Source of the DNA: Candidatus Woesearchaeota archaeon
Lineage (GTDB): Archaea > Nanobdellota > Nanobdellia > Woesearchaeales > ARS49
Direction of reading: 5' to 3'
Length of the DNA stretch: 64,000 nt
Assembly: GCA_016188265.1 (NCBI GenBank)
Contig: JACPID010000021.1
Span: forward strand, 15,051 to 79,050
The notes beneath the pieces were generated by a model. The model was not told the origin of the DNA. It was given only the letters and a program-made list of their open reading frames with translations, and did not search any database. A program made the translations under genes and the position numbers. Positions 9,653 through 19,245 of this stretch are shown in pieces. Position 1 is the first letter of the stretch; the number at the start of each line of letters is the position of its first letter.

Positions 9653-9991
9653 TTATTTAACATGTTGTTTAACAGCATCAACTATTTTTTTCATAGCATC
9701 TTGTGATAAGTTAACACTAAATGATTGAGCTACTGCTTTAACATCTTCGACTGTTTTTGGTGTTAAGCTTACTAGTGTCTGTACATTAGCTTCTTTTAAT
9801 CTTGAAATTTTAAGATTTTCAAGATCTGATTTTAATTCACCTGCCTGTTTAACATTAATAGAAGCAACGCTTTGAACATAGTCGAGTGTTTTTTGAGCAC
9901 GAAAATTTAGTTCACCTTGATGTTGTTTGAGTTTTTCAAGTAACTCTTTTACTTCTACAATATTTTTTGCTGTTTCGCTTACAACTTCCAC
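9653..9991 (-). CDS. rpoF: RNA polymerase subunit Rpo4 (F)
   Basis: ELNFRAQKTLDY, PKTVEDVKAV; synteny with rpl21e. Confidence 0.85.
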   Translation of the reverse strand: MEVVSETAKNIVEVKELLEKLKQHQGELNFRAQKTLDYVQSVASINVKQAGELKSDLENLKISRLKEANVQTLVSLTPKTVEDVKAVAQSFSVNLSQDAMKKIVDAVKQHVK

Positions 9992-9995
9992 TTTA

Positions 9996-10286
9996 TTAAA
10001 TCCCTCTTAAATGAATTGGATGAACTATGATTAGTTTTTCTACACTTCCATCTTTAATTAAAACTTCATAACAGCTTCCGCGTTTCTTTTTAACAACTCC
10101 TTGTTTTGCATGAAATCGCGGATGATACATACCTTCTTGAACAGCAGGCTCTGCTTGAAATAAAACATTATCTCCTTTTTTAAATTCTGCAAAGTAACGT
10201 GACAAAGATATTTTTCCTCTTTGGCGGACTCTTTTCTTTAATAAATTGCGAGTTTTTCTTCTAAAACCACCAACACGCTTAACCAT
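9996..10286 (-). CDS. rpl21e: 50S ribosomal protein L21e
   Basis: GFRRKTR, GMYHPRFH, HPIHL. Confidence 0.95.
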   Translation of the reverse strand: MVKRVGGFRRKTRNLLKKRVRQRGKISLSRYFAEFKKGDNVLFQAEPAVQEGMYHPRFHAKQGVVKKKRGSCYEVLIKDGSVEKLIIVHPIHLRGI

Positions 10287-10368
10287 AATACACAGTTAAT
10301 TGGTTTTATTTAAAAAGATTTCGTCAATTAGCGATACTTTTTTATAAACAAGATTTATAACAGGGCTA

Positions 10369-10551
10369 ATGCAAGATTTAGCAGCTTGGAAAAAACAGAT
10401 TATAAAAAAACTTCAGGCAAGTCCTGATGAGATTTCAAGCGGGCAAAGATGCCCTGAATGTTATAAAACCACATTAAAATATGATCCTGAAAGCGCTACA
10501 ATATCTTGTACATCGTGTGGTTTTAAAACAAAATTCAAAAAGGTGAACTAA
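10369..10551 (+). CDS. Small zinc-ribbon protein
   Basis: CPEC...CTSCG. Confidence 0.7.
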   Translation: MQDLAAWKKQIIKKLQASPDEISSGQRCPECYKTTLKYDPESATISCTSCGFKTKFKKVN

Positions 10552-10552
10552 C

Positions 10553-11095
10553 ATGTTACAACAACCAAAAGGCCAGCGTGTCGGTGTTTTTGTTGATGTG
10601 CAGAATTTATATTATTCTGCAAGATTCAGATATGATGCAAGAGTTAATTTTAAGAGCATATTATCTGACGCTGTTAAAAATCGCGTACTTATTAGAGCAA
10701 TAGCATATGTTATAAGAACCGAAGAAGTTAAAAAAGAAATTTTTTTTGAGGCACTTTCTAATATTGGTTTTGAAATTAAAGCTAAAGATTTGCAAATATT
10801 TTATGGCGGAGCTAAAAAAGGCGATTGGGATGTTGGCATTGCAATGGACACTATTGAATTAGCGCCTAAACTTGATACTGTTGTTCTTATTTCAGGAGAT
10901 GGTGATTTTGTCCCATTAGTTGAGCACTTAAAACGCGCAATGGGTTGCAGAGTTGAAGTTATGGCTTTTGGAAAAAGTTCAAGTTCTAAATTAATAGAAG
11001 CTGCAGACTCTTTCACTGATTTAGATCAAAATTTAAATAAGTTTTTAATGAAGCGCATCACCAGAACAAAAGTTAAGGATGATAATAATGGTTGA
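10553..11095 (+). CDS. NYN domain protein (LabA/DUF88)
   Basis: VFVDVQN, KGDWDVGIAMD, SGDGDF, ADSF. Confidence 0.92.
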   Translation: MLQQPKGQRVGVFVDVQNLYYSARFRYDARVNFKSILSDAVKNRVLIRAIAYVIRTEEVKKEIFFEALSNIGFEIKAKDLQIFYGGAKKGDWDVGIAMDTIELAPKLDTVVLISGDGDFVPLVEHLKRAMGCRVEVMAFGKSSSSKLIEAADSFTDLDQNLNKFLMKRITRTKVKDDNNG

Positions 11096-11405
11096 ACAAG
11101 TCACAAGTGCAGATTTTGAGCAAAAAGTATTAAAAAACAAGCTGCCAGTTATTGTTGATTTTTCAGCAGAGTGGTGTTCACCATGCCGTATGCTTGGCCC
11201 TATTTTTGAAAAAGTAAGCGAGTTTTTTAAAGGAAAGGTTGTTTTTCTTAAATTAAATGTTGATAAAAATTCAGATGTTGCCCAAAAGTACAATGTTATG
11301 GGCATTCCTTGCATGATCTTATTTAATAATGGCAAAGAAGTTGATCGTTTTGTTGGTGCAATGAGTGAAGATGTGCTGAAGCAAAAAATAAAGGCTTTAC
11401 TCTAA
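11079..11405 (+). CDS. trxA: Thioredoxin
   Basis: DFSAEWCSPC, GIP; probable start 11088. Confidence 0.92.
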   Translation: MIIMVEQVTSADFEQKVLKNKLPVIVDFSAEWCSPCRMLGPIFEKVSEFFKGKVVFLKLNVDKNSDVAQKYNVMGIPCMILFNNGKEVDRFVGAMSEDVLKQKIKALL

Positions 11406-12172
11406 AAATGCAGTAATCTTGTTATTCCTAACATAACAAGCAAGCCTAAAATAAATATTAATACATGCCACATATTTCTTGTTAAACTAAATTCGTCATG
11501 CAGTTCAGGCAAAAGATCTGCTAAGGCTAGGTAAATAAAATTTCCTGCTGCTATAGGCAAAAGCATTTGCGTAAGACCTGTTATGTTTGTTGTAAAAAAG
11601 AATGTCAATACTGCACCCATCATAGCGGTAAGCGCTGAATAAAAATTATACAAAACTGCTTTTTTTCTAGTGAATCCTCCATAAACTAGAACTCCAAAAT
11701 CACCTATTTCTTGAGGAATTTCATGAAAAACAACTGCTAATGAAGTTATTAATCCTAACTTAAAATCTGCTAGAAACCCTACTGCAATAATCATTCCATC
11801 AATAAAGTTATGTATTCCATCACCCATAAGATTAAGGTATGCAAATGGCTTTATTCTCCTAATCTCTTTTTTATGCGTATGCCTATGATGGTAATGATGA
11901 AAATGAAGCAAGTAGCATAATCTTTCAATCAAAAAGAAAAGAACCACCCCAAAAACAACTAAATTAAGAATAGTTTCATTTGAAAAATAAGAGGTTTCAA
12001 GAGCTTCTGGAAGTATATCAAAAAAAACTGCGCCAATTAATGCTCCTGCTGCAAAACTAACTAAAAAAGGAATTAATTTTTTAAGAAATCTCATTTTAAA
12101 AAAAAGTGTTAAAATTCCGATAAAAGAAATTAAGCTTACAAGAAAAACTGACCCTATAATCCATAATAGCAT
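11402..12172 (-). CDS. ZIP family metal transporter
   Basis: His-rich loop, DGIHNFIDG, HEIPQEIGD. Confidence 0.92.
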   Translation of the reverse strand: MLLWIIGSVFLVSLISFIGILTLFFKMRFLKKLIPFLVSFAAGALIGAVFFDILPEALETSYFSNETILNLVVFGVVLFFLIERLCYLLHFHHYHHRHTHKKEIRRIKPFAYLNLMGDGIHNFIDGMIIAVGFLADFKLGLITSLAVVFHEIPQEIGDFGVLVYGGFTRKKAVLYNFYSALTAMMGAVLTFFFTTNITGLTQMLLPIAAGNFIYLALADLLPELHDEFSLTRNMWHVLIFILGLLVMLGITRLLHF

Positions 12173-12239
12173 TTATGCACCTCTTAAATAGGTATTGTGA
12201 TAGTTGGTTTTATATACTTTTCTGGCATAAAATACTGTT

Positions 12240-12884
12240 ATGCATCTTGTAATAAATTTTAAAACATATAAAGAAGCTTCAGGAGAAAAAGCAATTAATC
12301 TGGCAAAAAAATTAGAAAATATAAAAAGCAAGCACACAATAATACTTTGTCCTCAACAAATAGATATTGCATTATTAGCTAAAAATACTACTTTGCCTAT
12401 ATTTGTTCAGCATGCTGATTTTGTTGAGAAAGGACAAACCACTGGCTGGATTCCAACAGAATCAGTTAAAAAAGCAGGCGCTCAAGGAACATTACTCAAC
12501 CATAGCGAGCACAAACTTTCTTTTAATCAATTAAAAAAAACAGTTGAAATAGCAAGATCTTTTAGATTAAAAATTATTATTTGCGCAGCAACACCAGATG
12601 AAGCAAAAAATATTGCGTTACTAAAGCCTGATTTTATTGCAATTGAACCTCCTGAACTAATTGGAGGAAATATTTCTGTAAGCACTGCAAAACCAGAATT
12701 AATTACTGACACACTTAAACAAGTAAAAAATATTCCAGTTTTATGCGGTGCAGGCATTAAAAAAAAATCAGATGTTGCAAAAGCAGTTAAACTTGGAGTT
12801 CAAGGGGTTCTTGTTGCCAGCAGTGTTGTTCTTGCCAAAAATCCTAAAAATGTTGCTGAAGAATTATTGAAAGGTTTTAAATGA
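12240..12884 (+). CDS. tpiA: Triosephosphate isomerase (archaeal type)
   Basis: INFKTY, NHSE, IEPPELIG, LCGAG. Confidence 0.95.
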   Translation: MHLVINFKTYKEASGEKAINLAKKLENIKSKHTIILCPQQIDIALLAKNTTLPIFVQHADFVEKGQTTGWIPTESVKKAGAQGTLLNHSEHKLSFNQLKKTVEIARSFRLKIIICAATPDEAKNIALLKPDFIAIEPPELIGGNISVSTAKPELITDTLKQVKNIPVLCGAGIKKKSDVAKAVKLGVQGVLVASSVVLAKNPKNVAEELLKGFK

Positions 12885-13357
12885 AACACGAAGCATTATT
12901 CTCAATAATTGTTGTACTTTCATTTTTCGGAATAATTCTCACAAGCTATTTATTATATGTTCATTACAGTAAATCAAGCACTACATTATGTTTGACAGCA
13001 ACTGCTGAAGAAAACTCTTGCGATATTGTAAATAAAGGTCCTTTCTCTGAAATTGAAGGAATTCCTATTGCAGGAATAGGGCTTATAGGTTATATTGCTT
13101 TTTTCTTAATTGGCTTAAATGTATTATTTCAAAATAAGTTACAAAATACTTGGCTTGATGCTCATGCAAAAAAAGCAAGTAATTATGTTTTATTAATGTC
13201 TTTATTTGCTTTTGGATTTACATTGTACCTAAATTATTTACAAATATTTGTGATTGAATATATTTGTTTTTGGTGCGAAGTCTCTGCTACAATTATAGTA
13301 TTACTCATTGTTACTTCAATAATGATAAAAAAAAATGCAGTGCATGAACATTGTTAA
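12881..13357 (+). CDS. Vitamin K epoxide reductase (VKOR) family protein
   Basis: Loop Cys pair C...SCDIV, GIP, active site CFWC, 4 TMs. Confidence 0.88.
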   Translation: MKHEALFSIIVVLSFFGIILTSYLLYVHYSKSSTTLCLTATAEENSCDIVNKGPFSEIEGIPIAGIGLIGYIAFFLIGLNVLFQNKLQNTWLDAHAKKASNYVLLMSLFAFGFTLYLNYLQIFVIEYICFWCEVSATIIVLLIVTSIMIKKNAVHEHC

Positions 13358-13423
13358 ACATAAAATTTATAAATATATTCACAATTTTTAATTCAAACAC
13401 AAAAAATCGGGGGTGTTTATTAA

Positions 13424-14170
13424 ATGAGCAATGAAGATTCAAAAGATTCAATAACTATTTCAAAAACAACCTTATGGCAACTTCTTGCAGGTGTTTTTGC
13501 ATTATTATTTGTTGGAGCAATTCTAACAGATGGTTTTAAATTTGGAGATAAAGATACTGGAAAAGCAGTTGTACAACCAAGCCCTCCAACTCCAACACAA
13601 CAACCAAATAGTCCTGAACCGCAACCTTCAGCACCAATAAAAGTAAATGAAGAAGGCGCTGCAGGCGTAAAAGGCAATTCTAATGCGCCAGTATTGATTG
13701 TAGAATATTCTGACTATCAATGTCCTTTTTGCGGAAGATTCTTTGATCAAACATTACCTTCAATACTAAAAGAATACGTTGATACAGGTAAAGTAAGATT
13801 AGCATACAAAGACCTTCCATTATCATTTCACCCAAATGCAGATGATGCAGCTCTTGCTGCTCGTTGTGCTGCTGATCAAGGAAAGTTCTGGGAAATGCAC
13901 GATAAATTATTTGAAACACAAGATCTATGGTCTGGTCTTCCAGATGCAACATCAACACTTGTTCAGTATGCAAAAGATCTAAGTCTTGATGCTGGCAAGT
14001 TTGAGACTTGTTTGAAAAATAAAGAACACTGGTCTGAAATTCAAGCTAACATGCAAGAAGCAGAAGACATTGGCGCAACTGGAACACCTAGCTTTGTCAT
14101 AAACGGGCAACTTGTTGTTGGCGCACAGCCTTACAGTGTATTCAAACAAGTTATTGATAGTGAATTGTAA
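13424..14170 (+). CDS. Membrane-anchored DsbA-family thioredoxin-fold protein
   Basis: EYSDYQCPFC, GTPSF. Confidence 0.9.
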   Translation: MSNEDSKDSITISKTTLWQLLAGVFALLFVGAILTDGFKFGDKDTGKAVVQPSPPTPTQQPNSPEPQPSAPIKVNEEGAAGVKGNSNAPVLIVEYSDYQCPFCGRFFDQTLPSILKEYVDTGKVRLAYKDLPLSFHPNADDAALAARCAADQGKFWEMHDKLFETQDLWSGLPDATSTLVQYAKDLSLDAGKFETCLKNKEHWSEIQANMQEAEDIGATGTPSFVINGQLVVGAQPYSVFKQVIDSEL

Positions 14171-14176
14171 AGATAA

Positions 14177-14569
14177 ATGAAATCCAAAACCTTTTTGGTT
14201 ATTGGAATTTTTTTTCTTCTTTTTTTTGGCTGGTATGTTTACATAAAATTTACTCCAGGCAAGTATGATGATTTTGCTCACTGTTTAGAATCTCAAGGTG
14301 CCTTATTTTATGGCGCTTGGTGGTGCCCCCACTGCAAAGAGCAAAAAACTATGTTTGGAAAATCAGCTAAATACCTTCCATATATTGAGTGCACTGTTGG
14401 AGGCACAAGGCAACAAAGTGAAGTTTGTGATAAAGAAAATATAAGAGCGTTTCCTACATGGATTTTTGCTGATGGTGAAAAAAAAGAAGGAGTTTTAAGT
14501 TTAACTTATTTATCTCAAAAAACCAATTGTGATATTCAAACTGGAAAAGTTTTTGCTACAGTTAAATAA
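14177..14569 (+). CDS. Membrane-anchored thioredoxin-like protein (VKOR-partner type)
   Basis: YGAWWCPHCKEQK, YIEC, FPTW. Confidence 0.85.
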   Translation: MKSKTFLVIGIFFLLFFGWYVYIKFTPGKYDDFAHCLESQGALFYGAWWCPHCKEQKTMFGKSAKYLPYIECTVGGTRQQSEVCDKENIRAFPTWIFADGEKKEGVLSLTYLSQKTNCDIQTGKVFATVK

Positions 14570-15137
14570 TTTCAACAGTTATTTGTTTAAGTTCATTATT
14601 ATAGAATTTGTTTCTATTGCTTATTTGGCAATTGATATTTTCAGGAGTGTTTTCATCAAAAATACATACATTAAAAACATAAATTCCAGAATCTGCAGTT
14701 CCTACTTGCAATAATATTGGAACACTAGCATACTCTCTTTTTTTAATTGGCAATAACCTGCTTCTAATACTTGTTCCTAACCAAGATTGTATTTCTTCTT
14801 TATCAACAGGCAACATTTCTTTTCCATCAAGTGTTGTTGCACTGTTAAAATCAACTTGAACACCATATCTTGAATCTGTTCCTTTAACATTTCTAATGCC
14901 AACCCAAAATTCTAGTTTTTCACCTTCTGAAGCTTGTTGGTTTGCAAGAGGAAGAGCTATAACTGCATTTTCTTGCTTCATTAATCTGTCAATTTGGTCT
15001 AATGATTGTCTTGCAATATCTTTTGGCGCTTGGGTAAAAACAGAATATAAAAGATACATAGAGTAAGTAAATACAACAAGTGAAATTATGATTAATACAA
15101 GTGTTCCTATGGCAATTTCTATTCCTTTTTTATTCAT
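14562..15137 (-). CDS. Class III signal peptide (pilin-like) protein
   Basis: MNKKG-IEIAIGTLVLIII N-terminus. Confidence 0.7.
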   Translation of the reverse strand: MNKKGIEIAIGTLVLIIISLVVFTYSMYLLYSVFTQAPKDIARQSLDQIDRLMKQENAVIALPLANQQASEGEKLEFWVGIRNVKGTDSRYGVQVDFNSATTLDGKEMLPVDKEEIQSWLGTSIRSRLLPIKKREYASVPILLQVGTADSGIYVFNVCIFDENTPENINCQISNRNKFYNNELKQITVEII

Positions 15138-16495
15138 TCTGTATTTACAATAATTAATTTTTGTAAGCTTTTTTTGTATTCGCCTGCTTGTTTTTTTCCT
15201 TTTTTAGTTACTGAATAAAATACTTGAAGTGTTAATGTTTTTTCTTCTTCAGGAATTGTTGGCTTAGGAAGCTGTAATTCAACTGTTTTTTTCTCATTTA
15301 TTGATTTTAAAAGTAATTTTGGCTCTGCTATTGCAAGTTGTTGATTTTGTTCTAAAACAAGAATTTTATCAACACTTATTTGGCTTATTTCATCATCTTT
15401 TTCAAATAGCGTAAAATCAACAGATAACTTATCAGCAAAAGCATTGAAAGGATTATTGTAATTGTATATATTATGAAGCCTAAAACCAGTTCTTTTATTA
15501 TCATCAAACAAACTTATTTTTTCAACATTTACATCTGATCTTATTTCTCCAACACAACTATTTTGAACACATGTGAATTGAACAAATTCTAAGGTTTTTT
15601 CACAAGGCCCGCAATCTTTTGGCGATGAGCAAGAATTTTCTCCTGATTCACAAATAAAATTTCCAACTGAATCAGGCATAGGCTTAAACTCACATCTGCT
15701 AGTCAATGTATTGCAACTTGAATCATATCCTTTTTTAGCAGGGCAAGGTTTTGGACATGCATACTCAACTTCTGGTTTTAGCAATACTAGTTTTAATTCT
15801 TTTAGTTTAAATACTAAATTATTTTGTTTTAAATCACCTTTGCTTGTTTTATAAGTATAATCTATTAGTAAGCGCAAATCACTTACTTCAATTTGTCTTG
15901 ATTCAGATGAAATAATAAGCTCTTCTTCTATTGCAAAATCACTTCCAGAACTCCACAATGGCTTGTTAACATAGATTTCACTTAAGACTATTTCTTGTTT
16001 ATCTTTTTTGGCTGTTAAACGCATTCTTTGAATTTTTCTATCTAGGACATCTTTTGCAACTTCATCTAATAATAATTCTACATTTAAAGAATCTCTTTTA
16101 AGATTAAAAGGATTATTAAGTTTAAAATTTGCTCTGAATAAGTCCTTGCCAATTTTTTCTGTAAGTGTCATTGCCTGGGTTTTTTGTTCAGTTTTACTAA
16201 CATCGACCACGCATTTTTGTTGGTAACAGGTTTTTTCAAAATATTTTCCTACACTTCCTTGGCAAGTGCTTTGCGGGCAATCTTCAGGACATGAGCAGAT
16301 ATTTTCATTTGCTTCACACCAGTCATTGCCACAACCAAGAATTTTTGGTTCATAAGCACAACTTCCTTCATAACAAAATGCATCAAAACCTTCTCTTGGT
16401 TCACATTGTGCTGCTGTTTTGCACTCAGCACAAGAAGTAAGGATAAACAAAATACTAATAACTACTAGCAATAATATCCATATGTATTTCACCAT
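15134..16495 (-). CDS. Cys-rich secreted/lipoprotein with internal duplication
   Basis: Lipobox-like LTSC; two GNxxCExxENxCSxPxDC repeats, each followed by an NNPFN domain. Confidence 0.65.
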   Translation of the reverse strand: MVKYIWILLLVVISILFILTSCAECKTAAQCEPREGFDAFCYEGSCAYEPKILGCGNDWCEANENICSCPEDCPQSTCQGSVGKYFEKTCYQQKCVVDVSKTEQKTQAMTLTEKIGKDLFRANFKLNNPFNLKRDSLNVELLLDEVAKDVLDRKIQRMRLTAKKDKQEIVLSEIYVNKPLWSSGSDFAIEEELIISSESRQIEVSDLRLLIDYTYKTSKGDLKQNNLVFKLKELKLVLLKPEVEYACPKPCPAKKGYDSSCNTLTSRCEFKPMPDSVGNFICESGENSCSSPKDCGPCEKTLEFVQFTCVQNSCVGEIRSDVNVEKISLFDDNKRTGFRLHNIYNYNNPFNAFADKLSVDFTLFEKDDEISQISVDKILVLEQNQQLAIAEPKLLLKSINEKKTVELQLPKPTIPEEEKTLTLQVFYSVTKKGKKQAGEYKKSLQKLIIVNTE

Positions 16496-16533
16496 CTTTT
16501 AAATAATGTTAAAAGTAGAGAAGTATAAAAAAC

Positions 16534-16755
16534 TTACCTCATTGCTTCAAATTCTTTTACAATAATCCAAGTGAATAATAGCATAAATAATATTCCTCCT
16601 CCAACAAGAACAGCTCCTTCGATAAATGCACCTTTTAGTACACGCCATAATCCAAAAACAGCAAGCCCTACTGCAAGCCATAAGAATTTGTCAAGAACTA
16701 ATTTCATAAGCTCAAATTCTTCATGTTCGCTGAGTCTTCTTTTGATTTTTTTCAT
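16534..16755 (-). CDS. Small 2-TM membrane protein
   Basis: EFELMKLVLDKFLWL; true start is likely ATG 16755 (the longer track ORF begins in the insert). Confidence 0.65.
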   Translation of the reverse strand: MKKIKRRLSEHEEFELMKLVLDKFLWLAVGLAVFGLWRVLKGAFIEGAVLVGGGILFMLLFTWIIVKEFEAMR

Positions 16756-16888
16756 TAGTTTACTTTTGTATTGTGTTATTTTGTCGTGAGACTGAATGAA
16801 ATGAAGTCTCACATGAATGCTTTCTACCAGATCTTTCGCAAAGATCTGCGCGGAGTCTTCTTTTGATTTTTTTCATTAGTTTACTTTT
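16732..16888. repeat. 36-bp exact direct repeat (16732-16767, 16853-16888) flanking a hairpin-rich insert
   Basis: GAGTCTTCTTTTGATTTTTTTCATTAGTTTACTTTT twice; internal IRs GTGAGACT/AGTCTCAC and CAGATCTTT/AAAGATCTG. Confidence 0.85.
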
Positions 16889-16897
16889 ATATTGTTT

Positions 16898-17542
16898 TTA
16901 TCCTGTTATTTCAACTGTAAATGATCTGGTCTTCCAAGAATCTTCAGTAAATGATGCGCCATCACAATCTGCATTATTTTCTGCTTTATAAACCCTTAAT
17001 TCCATTTCATAAAGTCCTGTTTGAGCTTTTTCAACACTCATAGTTGCTTCAGAAACCTTTTTCTGCCCTTTTCTTATAGATTGTGTTGGCAATAATTGTG
17101 AATACCAGTTTTCTGCTGGCAAATCTCCTTCTGAAGATAGCCCGCCTACCAATGCATTTGTTTCTTCATCTTCAGTACATCGCCCATTAGGATCATAAGA
17201 ACGTACGCAGTAAATTGCTAATCTATAACAAACAGGCGCTGTTGGATCATCTTCATTAGTTGCAGTGTTTTTAATTCCTAAAGCAAACCATTTTGGAGAA
17301 CCTACACTTATTCCTTTAATGCTTCTAACTTCTCCGCCTTCTTGGCCTCTGAAATTTAAGAGTTCTCCGCTTTTTTCTATTTCATCAAGCACACGTTCTC
17401 TTTGCTGTTGTGCAATATCTGGAATTTGTATTCCAGTAAAATATTTGTAAACAAAGCCAAGAATTAACCCTAGAATAGTAATAGCAATAATAAGTACAAC
17501 TACTCCTGTAATAGACAGCTCAATTGCTGCTTTTTTATTCAT
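16898..17542 (-). CDS. Class III signal peptide (pilin-like) protein
   Basis: MNKKAA-IELSITGVVVLIIAITIL N-terminus. Confidence 0.7.
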   Translation of the reverse strand: MNKKAAIELSITGVVVLIIAITILGLILGFVYKYFTGIQIPDIAQQQRERVLDEIEKSGELLNFRGQEGGEVRSIKGISVGSPKWFALGIKNTATNEDDPTAPVCYRLAIYCVRSYDPNGRCTEDEETNALVGGLSSEGDLPAENWYSQLLPTQSIRKGQKKVSEATMSVEKAQTGLYEMELRVYKAENNADCDGASFTEDSWKTRSFTVEITG

Positions 17543-17622
17543 CTTTACCTCTTTTTATTATATGAACGTGTTTAAGAAATTGATGTTTATAAACTTTTGG
17601 TCTTGAATCAGTCAATATTAAT

Positions 17623-17955
17623 TTAGGTTCTTTTCAGTAATTCTGTAATGCTACTGAGTATTTTGTCATGGAATCTATCTGTGATTTTACATAGTTTTTT
17701 CTTTATTATCTTTTCATGAATAGTAAATAACCTGTGAGGTTTTATCCAACTTTCAAAAGGTAAATCACCTTGTTCAAAAGAACTATTATTTATTATAATG
17801 CCATCATGATGGTTATTACTAGTTATCAAACAACATATTCTATCTTGAGTTTTATTGATGGCATTGTTTGAAATGATTAAAGCAGGTCTTTGTTTAGCAC
17901 CGCTGAGATCTGAGTATGGAAAAGGAATAAGCACAATGTCTTTCTGTTCAAACAT
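17623..17955 (-). CDS. PemK/MazF family toxin
   Basis: DIVLIPFPYSDLSGAKQRPALIIS, ITS; start at ATG 17955 overlapping the antitoxin stop. Confidence 0.88.
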   Translation of the reverse strand: MFEQKDIVLIPFPYSDLSGAKQRPALIISNNAINKTQDRICCLITSNNHHDGIIINNSSFEQGDLPFESWIKPHRLFTIHEKIIKKKLCKITDRFHDKILSSITELLKRT

Positions 17956-18178
17956 AATTCCACCTTTCATCTGCTTTATTATCCCAGTCTTTTTTAAGCA
18001 CTTCTTCAGAAGCAAGCATGGTAAGTATTGACTCTTGATCAGGTCGCTTCTCAAGAGATTCTAGTTCATCAAGTCTTTTTTTAATACTTTTACGTATAAA
18101 TTCACTCCATTTTATTTCAGAATGTTTACGCATTCCATTATATACTGAATCTTTTATAGACAATGTTACATTTGTCAT
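17948..18178 (-). CDS. RHH-type antitoxin
   Basis: MTNVTLSI...HSEIKWSEFIRK; upstream of MazF. Confidence 0.8.
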   Translation of the reverse strand: MTNVTLSIKDSVYNGMRKHSEIKWSEFIRKSIKKRLDELESLEKRPDQESILTMLASEEVLKKDWDNKADERWNYV

Positions 18179-18188
18179 AATATGATAT

Positions 18189-18202
18189 AAGTGAGCTCAC
18201 TT
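18189..18202. promoter_or_regulatory. Palindrome AAGTGAGCTCACTT, probable TA operator
   Basis: Perfect IR between TATA-like TTTAAATA and the antitoxin start. Confidence 0.5.
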
Positions 18203-18225
18203 ATTTAAATGTTTTGTGGTGTGCA

Positions 18226-18329
18226 CTAGTTTAGGGATTTGAAAAAGACAAAAGTAGCACATAAAATAGTTTGTCTTTTTCAATCTAGTTGAGGCTAAAT
18301 TATAATGCTTTATTTATGTCCTCAACTAG
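18226..18329 (+). repeat. Hairpin repeat family 2, short copy (units A-B), bounded by CTAG on both sides
   Basis: Units identical to those at 27137-27321 (reverse complement); unit A also at 49516. Confidence 0.88.
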
Positions 18330-18354
18330 ATAACAGAAAATTCTAATTTGAATG

Positions 18355-19245
18355 TTATTCTCCTAAAAAGACCTGCGAAGGATCTACATTCTGCCAATAA
18401 AGTTGAGGTGTTTCATTAGCCCAAGGAAGTATGCAATCAGTTTCAATATTTTCATCATCCTTTTTTGCTGCATAGTCAAAAGCTTCTTCAAGAGAAATTT
18501 TTCCATCACAATTATTGTCTGCACTTACCTGTTGATTATTCTTATCCACACCAGTCAAAGCTGCAAAAAAATGGCTACTAAAAAAACTGCCAATTTCTTT
18601 GCTAGCACATTGAAAACTAACTTTATCAGCTCTTGAAGAAGAAACACCTATAAAATTTCCAGAACCAACAGATTCAGCTAAGCCTCCTGAATAACATGTT
18701 GTAAATATGCAAACACCATAATTCAAGTTAAGATCTTTAAACATTTCTTTTAATTTATTTTCATAGACTATTCCGTCGCTTAATTTAAAACAGCTCTCAC
18801 CAAAAGGCAATGGTGAATAAGCCTTACTGCCGTGATTTGTTACATAAAAAAAGAAGACATCTTTATCAGTCATATTTTGTTTGAGTTCATCTAAAACATC
18901 AACTAAATTTTTTTTAGTTGCTGGCTTATCAACAAAACTTCTTTCACCTTCATTCTTCTTATCAATATCATCGTCTAAAACATAGATATTGCTAGGAGTA
19001 AATCCTAATCTTAACAAAGAGTCATATGCAGATTTCAATTCAGTAAAAAATTGTGATTCACTGCCAGCATTAACTAAAATAGAATATTTTTTTCCTAGTT
19101 TTTGTTCAACTTTTTTAACTGCAGGAGCAGTTTGTTTTTTATTAGAAACAGCAGTAGTGCAATCGCAAGCATTAAAACAAAACAGTCCACTTATAAATAT
19201 CGCAGAATAAAATAGTGCGTTAATAGTTTTATCTGTATTCTTCAT
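18355..19245 (-). CDS. Secreted clan CD cysteine peptidase (C13 legumain/caspase-like)
   Basis: YVTNHGS and FTTCYSGG His-Cys dyad; N-terminal signal. Confidence 0.82.
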   Translation of the reverse strand: MKNTDKTINALFYSAIFISGLFCFNACDCTTAVSNKKQTAPAVKKVEQKLGKKYSILVNAGSESQFFTELKSAYDSLLRLGFTPSNIYVLDDDIDKKNEGERSFVDKPATKKNLVDVLDELKQNMTDKDVFFFYVTNHGSKAYSPLPFGESCFKLSDGIVYENKLKEMFKDLNLNYGVCIFTTCYSGGLAESVGSGNFIGVSSSRADKVSFQCASKEIGSFFSSHFFAALTGVDKNNQQVSADNNCDGKISLEEAFDYAAKKDDENIETDCILPWANETPQLYWQNVDPSQVFLGE

